A stretch of DNA of 64,000 bases, taken from positions 145,514,001-145,578,000 of the forward strand of contig NC_042998.1 of NCBI RefSeq assembly GCF_006345805.1. Reading direction: 5' to 3'. The stretch is from Octopus sinensis. Its lineage: Eukaryota. How positions within the stretch are numbered: position 1 is the first letter of the stretch; each line of letters begins with the position of its first letter. Positions 55,309 through 64,000 of the stretch are shown here, piece after piece. Under the pieces are notes generated by a model. The model was given only the letters and a program-made list of their open reading frames with translations, was not told the DNA's origin and searched no databases. The translations under genes were made by a program, and so were the position numbers.

Positions 55309-55439
55309 GAGGAAGAGAAAGAGAATGAGACAGAGGTGATGGTAGTGGTGGGGGTGGTGAAGGTGGTGATGATGGTGAGTGCATAGGGAAAAGTAATTTT
55401 GTTTTTAATTGAACGAAGTTTTTTATATTACGTATCACT

Positions 55440-55972
55440 TAACGCATGCTCATCCCAAACTTGCCATTCCCTTAAGAAAGAAACCAGTTTCCCGTTCGCC
55501 TGTCAATGCAATGGCTGTCAATAAATCACAATGGCAGACATTTGATAAAGTGGCGCTGTTCTTGCCTGAACCTGTATTCGACCATAGTCAGCTATATGTT
55601 GCATTCTCAAGGGCTCGCAAATTATCTGATATGAGAGTTTAAGTTATCAAAACAGACAAACATAGTCGGCAAAGAAGTATTGGATTGAAAGGCGTACACA
55701 ACTTGAAATGTGTATTGGCTTATAAGTTACCCACAATGTGGTTTTCAGAGTATGCCATATTGCATTAAATTTTTACCCCCGTGAAACTGTGACCCCTATA
55801 TCTTACATATAAAATATTTTTTTTACTATAACATTTTTGATTTCTAGATTTGAAATTGTGACCATGTAAATTTTAAAATGTAATTTTTTCTATTTATGAG
55901 AAAAATGGTAAAATAAGAGAGAATATTTATTTTATGAGTGCAGTGTATTAAGTCTATAAAATTGTGCATAAA

Positions 55973-56012
<40 letters not shown>

Positions 56013-56185
56013 CATCAAGAAATCATCGTATTTCACTGTTCTTCACTTTCAATGAACAGCAGATGAGCGACTATCTTTTAATACACACAACACAGGCTAC
56101 GCTTTCGGGTTTTTTAGATAGAGTTTTCAGGAATAACCCAATAGGTTTACCATTAATTCTGCGAAATATTCACGAGTCCTGCTAG
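55440..56185 (+). mobile_element. Helitron 3' portion: PIF1 helicase motifs V-VI and CTAG terminus
   Basis: PNLPFP..RNQFPVRL / AMAVNKSQWQTFDKVALFLPEPVFDHSQLYVAFSRAR; ends with a degenerate hairpin gcgaaatattcacgag and ctgCTAG|T at 56182-56185. The 5' boundary is unknown. Confidence 0.75.
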
Positions 56186-56199
56186 TGATAATAACACTT

Positions 56200-57062
<863 letters not shown>

Positions 57063-57472
57063 AGTAATAATAATAAGACGCTACGTATCATTGTGTATAT
57101 ATATTGATATACTTATACTTTTTGTGAGTAACACTTCAGCGTTTGGAACTGTTTAATTTGATCCAATTTATAAGGTTTAACCTTCTTAATTCATTCGACA
57201 CAAGCTGGAGTCATTCTGTTTATTTTTGCATTCATTTCATAATGCTTAATGAGACATTTTTCTAAATTATCCGACAGCATTTCTACGCTCTTGCTATAAC
57301 AGTGACTCTACTTAGTTGTTCTGTTTGTCTTTTGCATTTGAAAGTTCATTCTGCTTAACTTATCTTATCTTATCTTATCTTATATATAATAAAATGCAGC
57401 GAATCAGTCACACTGGACGAGGGGACTAAAACAATAAAGGGAGCGGGAATGTATGACATTCAGAGATGCTAA

Positions 57473-57880
<408 letters not shown>

Positions 57881-58222
57881 GAAACACGTTGTCCAGGTAA
57901 AAATAGAATATAGCAGAGTATATATGGTGTTTTTAAAGTTTATAGTGACTATGCAACGTTGCCCTTTTTTTTAGTTTAAACATATGATTGCAAATCAAAG
58001 CACGATTGCAAAACTATGTGCAATTCATACACACACACACACACACATACACACACACACATACACACACACATACACACACACACGTTTATATGTATGT
58101 ATACATACATATGTGTATGCGTGTATATATGTGTAATAAATCTGTATAGCTATATCTATCTACACACGCACACTCACGCACTCATGCATACGCACACACA
58201 CATACACACACACATATATATG

Positions 58223-58254
<32 letters not shown>

Positions 58255-58447
58255 AATATATACGAAGATGCATTCCTCGGACATGCTCCAATGATTCAAA
58301 AGAAAATGTTATGGAAGACAAAAGTTTCAAATATTTTTAGGAATCATATATACACCGGAAGAAATAGTACAATGAAGCCTTCTACTCTATAATCACAATA
58401 TATGCATTTTATATATAGATATACACACACACACACACACATATGTT

Positions 58448-58504
<57 letters not shown>

Positions 58505-58781
58505 CTTTATGTATGCATGTATGTATGTATGTATTTATGTATGTATACGTGTATACTTAGATCGCCGCCATATTTTCACAGGCTTAATGCAAAAACCATA
58601 GAAATCAATAAACCAATTATCTTGTGTTCAGATCACTATGTTGACCTTAGCTTCATTGATTGTAAAGCATGTGATGATAAGTCGAAAGAAAATACTTTCA
58701 ACAGTGCCTGATATTTTGTATATTTCTCATGGTACTGCAACGTAGGGTGGCTCATCTGTAAACTCATACATACACACACAT

Positions 58782-58850
<69 letters not shown>

Positions 58851-59424
58851 TATATACATATCTATATATTACTATATACACACACATATATACATATATG
58901 TGAGTATATGTATGTACATATACGTATATATGCAAATATATATATATATATATACACATACACACACCACACCAGACCACTCATACACCACATACACACA
59001 CACATCACGTCATACACACACACTCATTGCTTACACTTCACATTACACACATGCAAATTCGCACGTGCACGAACACACAGTGAGAATCACAATTTAAGGA
59101 CACCATTAATCTCAATTTGGGATCTGCTTTTCCACACATCGAACAACATTATTCTTTGAGATTTTCCAATGCCTTTTTATTTCTAGACTGTTTAACATAA
59201 ATTGTTTTTAAGAGACAGAAATGGCTACTGTCTATTTGGTGCCCGACTGGAAATAATCGATGGTTCGTGTTCGGTCCTCCGCTCACGTTAAGAACACCGC
59301 CGATACGCATAAATCACTCGACTTCACTGTAGTAACTGAAAAAAAAGAAGAAATGATTTACTACAATTTTTCTATGATTTAAAACAGAGAAATTAGCCTT
59401 TAGCATAATCAAAATTAATAGACG

Positions 59425-59584
59425 CACGCATGGCTATGTGGTTAAAAATACTAAAGCCCATTGCACGGCATCTTGAGCAAGTGTCTTCTACTATAGTTCC
59501 CGTCCCGACCACTGCTCATGAGTGAATTTGGTAGAAGGAAACCCAGTCTATATATGTGTGCGTGTGTGTGTATATAATTGTGTG

Positions 59585-59640
<56 letters not shown>
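59425..59640 (+). mobile_element. SINE family A 5' half plus microsatellite
   Basis: atggctatgtggttaa...gcacggcatcttgagcaagtgtcttctactatag...atgagtgaatttggtagaaggaaac. Confidence 0.75.
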
Positions 59641-59642
<2 letters not shown>

Positions 59643-61854
59643 GCATATAAATATGTAATGTGAAGAAACAAAAGACCTGCTAATTCCGCAAACATGACTT
59701 CGATTAGGGATGGATTTAAAGGACAAATGTACAAGATAGAATAAAAATATATAAATACACAGATTATTTTTTAATCTATAAATAAATATATTAAAAATAT
59801 ATATGTGTGTAAATTAATAGATTTTTAAAAATCGGATGAAGGCATAAAAACTTGAACTTATTGGATAGGACTACACCATACGAACTTAAAATTCCCCACT
59901 TCACTTTAAAGGACTAGAAGTCGAACTTTTATTCTAAACCTTCTATAAGACTTATTTGCCCCACAAAGTCAGACCTGAGTAGAATCGCGAAGTGTATACT
60001 TGATAGAATCATTCCTAAGATTAGAACAAACGTAAAACTTTCCTTATGGAATTCAACCGGAGACGTTATTACCTAGTTTCATTCAATTAAGGATAAACAT
60101 TATACCCAGTTTATACAATTCGATATATCAAACTATTATGCTTCACTCTCACCAATCCTCCTTAATAAAATTTTAATCTTTGCTCGTAATTTCACAGCAA
60201 TTTCCCGACAGGATATCGACATTATATTAACCGCCAGAAAATCTCTAATTCATTTTAACAACACAAATTGGACAGGGACCAATACACATGATAATTTTGA
60301 TATAATAGTGCGTTCATCGGACTCTGCACAAATTACAGATCTGGAGGGCCTACTTTTATTATCACAAATTAAATCAAACTGCCTCCAAATATCAGGCGGA
60401 TTATACATGGATGAAGCTCTTCTCACTACTAGCGGATTATCCAAACCAGCAGTCGAACGCACTAAGAAAAAGGTACTAAAATTTCTAAAAAAATTACTGT
60501 AACTTACATATTTTATTTGAAACCGATACCAATGTAGCCAATTTTTTCGATGTTACGCTGAATCTAAATACCGACTTATACCAACTATATCATAAACCGA
60601 ATCAAATGCTACAGTACATCAATGTTCTCTCCAATCATCCTACAAGTACCATAAAAATATTATAACCGGAATTTCTATAAGGATCTTGAATTTATCTGCT
60701 AACGAGACATTATTTAACAACCACGCAACACATTACAACCAAGCATTACAGTTAAGTGGTTTCCAGGAAAATATTTTATATACATAATACTATACTAAAA
60801 ACAAAACTAGCAAACATATTACCCGAAAACAATATCAAACCTATGAAATCTGCCTGTACTGAAAATCAATTATATAATTCGGAATCAAAATTACACAAAA
60901 AACCACACCGGCCATACCAGAAATCTACATTAAATTCGTATGATACCCTAAATAAAAATATAACAATGCCCAACAACGTATCCAAATTGAGAAAACCCGA
61001 AATCATTTGGTACGCCCTTCCCTTTTCCCTTCAAATAAGATAGTTACCGAAACTTTTCAAAATTTTAAAAACAAACTTTCCGAGACACCATAAATACTAT
61101 TCCATATTCATTCGGTTTTCTCTACAACTCCCAATTTAGGGTCGATAAAATCTTCTATTAATAAATCGAAAATTAGTGCACAGTCAGCTAAATCCAGTAA
61201 GTCAAATAAACACAAAACTCTAGGTCGATTTCCTAACAATAAAACACACACAACTCTTAACTCCAATACGATTGCTCAGTCTAAAGTTGATACCCACAAT
61301 CTAAATAACACTACTGGCCAGCAAACTAATACCTAGCCCCAAATTTATCTAAATTAAAAACGAAACAGCAAAAACCAATAAAAAGATGCAATTGTTGCGT
61401 AAAAGACTCCTGTCTCCTTACTGGGCATTGTACGCGGTATAACGTTATTCATAAAGCCGCTACTATGCTGGGTAAATATATCCACAAGCTCAAAGCAGAA
61501 AACAAAATCTATACATTAAAATAGTCCATTGAATCTGAAGCCCTAACAACCTAATTTAGGTAGGTGTAAATTATGTATAAGGGAAGCGCTAATTCTTCGA
61601 ACGCACAACCCATCATTACTAAACAAATTGTCAGACGTGGTTTTCTCATGCAAACATAAAACTTAAACAACATTCTTGCACTATAGTGACTTTGATTAGA
61701 ATTGAACTAGGATATATCTTAAAACAAGCTTTATTTCTTTTTATTAATATTTTCGTTAGAATATATTTAATTCTTTACCTTCTTCACCCATGCATATTAT
61801 CTATATAAAAATAACCCAACCTCTACTATTCGTCATTCGTTCTGGACAACCAGT

Positions 61855-61937
61855 TACCCTGAAGAAGGAATTGCCAAATAATGGCTACTATATCCCTTTA
61901 TTTTCCTGCAATGAACCCCCAGAAATGGTCGTTGGTA
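61855..61937 (+). ncRNA. Candidate decayed type I hammerhead ribozyme in the PLE 3' repeat
   Basis: tacc-CTGAAGA-(long stem II with attgc/gcaat)-GAAA-tggtc-GTT-ggta; stem I is tacc/ggta. The position downstream of the PLE ORF is where PLE hammerheads are expected. Confidence 0.45.
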
Positions 61938-62048
61938 CCCTACTTTAACTGATTTTAACTATTCCGAATTTTAACTTCGATCCTCATTGTATCGTTTAGT
62001 TCGCTTCTATCAACACTTCAGACTTTCTCCAATATTTTTACCTATATA

Positions 62049-62460
62049 GGACGGCGAGCTGGGAGAAACGTTAGCACGCCGGGTGAAATGCGTAGCCGTA
62101 TTTCGTCTGCCGTTACGTTCTGAGTTCAAATTCCGCCGAGGTTGACTTTGCCTTTTATCCTTTCGGGGTCGATAAATTAAGGACCAGTTACGAACTGGTC
62201 GATATAATCGACTTAATCCGTTTGTCTGTCCTTGTTCGTCCCCTCTGTATTTAGCCCCTTGTGGGTAGTAAATAAATAGGTATTTCGTCTGCCGTTACGT
62301 TCTGAGTTCAAATTCCGCCGAGGTCGACTTTGCCTTTCATCCTTTCGGGGTCGATTATATAAGTACCAGTTATGCACTGGGGTCAATGTAATCCACTCAA
62401 TTCCTTTGTCTGTCCTTGTTTGTCCCTTCTATGGTTAACCCCTGTGGGCAATAAAGAAAT
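62049..62460 (+). mobile_element. SINE family B, full copy plus tandem partial duplication
   Basis: A-box-like tgggagaaacgttag and B box gagttcaaattcc; the unit restarts at ~62279 (ggtatttcgtctgccgttacg). Possible 18-bp TSD at 62031-62048 / 62458-62475 with 3 mismatches. Confidence 0.9.
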
Positions 62461-62781
62461 ATTTTTATCAATACACGCATGTTTTAACGTTTTTATGCCT
62501 CCATCCGGAGATTTTTTAAAATCTATTAATTTATACACATATATTTTTAATTATATTTATTTATTTATGGATTAAAAAAAATATTTGTGTATTTATATAT
62601 TTTTATTCTGTCATGTACATTCGTCCTTTAAATCCATCTCTAATCGGAGTCATGTTTGCGGATTGAATTAGCAGGCCTTTTGTTTCTTCACATTACATAT
62701 TTATATCTTTCGTCTCAAGTTACTCTTGAACACTTCTAGTCCAAACCTCTAATCAATCTTCTTTCTCAAGTCAATTATATA

Positions 62782-63318
62782 CCGGGTCAGGCAAAATGAT
62801 CTGACACATTTTTAGGTTAAATAAAAGGCAAATGAAGTAAAGAAACAAAAAAGTGTTTTTATTTTTGATAAATTCATATAATGCCATTTTGTTTCATTAT
62901 GTTTTAAAAATTAAATCAGTCAGATGGGATCCATTATTGTCCACACACTGTCGAGGGCGTTCACGAAAGTTGTCAATAACTCGGCGGGTCATTTCATGTG
63001 GAATGGCAGTAATTTCTTGACGAATTGCATCTTTAAGTTGTTCAATAGATCGAGGGCGATTAATGTATACCTTTGACTTGAGGTATCCCCAGAGAAGAAA
63101 ATCGCATGAAATGACCCGCCGAGTTATTGACAACTTTCGTGAACGCCTTCGACAGTGTGTGGACAATAATGGATACCATTTGACTGATTTAATTTTTAAA
63201 ACATAATGAAACAAAATGGCATTATATGTACTTTTCAAAAATAAAAACACTTTTTTTGTTTCTTTACTTCATTTGCCTTTTATTTAACCTACAAATGTGT
63301 CAGATCATTTTGCCTGAC

Positions 63319-63320
<2 letters not shown>
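62782..63320 (-). mobile_element. Fold-back Tc1/mariner derivative with ~215-bp inverted arms
   Basis: Arms 62784-62998 and 63105-63320. ORF 62897..63250 contains the transposase C-terminus CDFLLWGYLKSKVYINRPRSIEQLKDAIRQEITAIPHEM...CVDNNGSHL. TA flanks. Confidence 0.9.
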
Positions 63321-63359
<39 letters not shown>

Positions 63360-63362
<3 letters not shown>

Positions 63363-63558
63363 GAGTGTGAGTGTTTTTGTGCCTGTATCAGTCTCCCATC
63401 ACTTGACGACCGGTGTAAATGATGTATTAGGGCTTGGGCAACAGAGAGCGATAGGATAAGACTTAAAAATATACTGGGGACAGTTTATTCGACTAAAGTC
63501 CTTCGAGGCTGTGCCCCAGCACGGCCACAGTCCAATGACTGAAATAAGTAAAAACTAA
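63360..63558 (+). mobile_element. SINE family A 3' half
   Basis: ctcccatcacttgacgaccggtgt...gtgccccagcacggccacagtccaatgactgaaataagtaaaa. Confidence 0.75.
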
Positions 63559-63685
63559 ATTTTTATACCTCCTTTTACAGAACTATAGAAAACATGATAC
63601 ATTAATTTAGCACAATTCTCTGTGATATAAAACGGCAAAGTAATTATTCTTCATAATAAGCCGCATTAATAATTACTGTACCATA

Positions 63686-63895
63686 AGACGGTGAAGTAAT
63701 AGAATCATTACCGTACCGGGCAAAATGCTGATCAGCATTTCGTCCATTCTTATGTTCTGTGTTCAAATTCTACCAAGATCGACTTTGCCTTTCATCCTTT
63801 CGAGGTCGATGAAATAAGTACCGGTTGAACACGGGTCGATGTAATCGACTTAACCCTTTCCCCTAAAATTGCTGACCTTGAATTTTAAAGCAATA
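63686..63895 (+). mobile_element. SINE family B
   Basis: gttcaaattctaccaagatcgactttgcctttcatcctttcgaggtcgatgaaataagtacc. Confidence 0.85.
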
Positions 63896-64000
63896 ATTGC
63901 TGTACTTCAATTTACGGAACTGTAGAGGAAAAAAAGGTACCTTAATTTGGTGTATTTCCCTGTGACCCCCTGAACACCATAAAGCAGTAAAACTATTGTA

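Larger units (their letters stand above)
59645..62706 (+). mobile_element. Penelope-like retroelement (decayed RT + C-terminal GIY-YIG-type region) flanked by ~210-bp inverted repeats
   Basis: RLICPTKSDL, LWNSTGDVI, FIQFDISNYYASLS (60110), SSDSAQITDL, GGLYMDEA (~LYRDDG), NFFDVTLNL, YHKPN, YINVLSNHP, IIWYALPFS, CNCCVKDSCLLTGHC..NVIHKA, CKLCIRE, LLNK...SCKHK. Inverted repeats at 59645-59851 and 62489-62706. Confidence 0.85.

Overview
AT-rich, repeat-saturated eukaryotic non-coding DNA (intergenic or deep intronic). The tRNA-derived SINE families and the dense TA/CA/TATG/GATA/TAA microsatellites look like an octopus (coleoid cephalopod) genome; this is an inference from remembered repeat families, not a search result. 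I find no credible host protein-coding exon, rRNA, true tRNA or CRISPR array, and almost all ORF-track entries are microsatellite read-throughs. All recognisable protein similarity comes from decayed transposons: two RTE-clade LINE remnants with inverted 5' parts, five RLE-type (R4/Dong-like) LINE remnants (three stacked in (TAA)n arrays), rearranged Helitron Rep/PIF1 fragments with two outward-facing CTAG ends, a Penelope-like element bracketed by ~210-bp inverted repeats with a decayed hammerhead-like motif, a fold-back mariner derivative, a Tigger/pogo-like MITE and a Helentron-type non-autonomous element. I cannot support a new biological system here; the interest lies in TE architecture (inversions, nesting, microsatellite targeting, candidate ribozymes, dsRNA potential). 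Coordinates of decayed elements are approximate.
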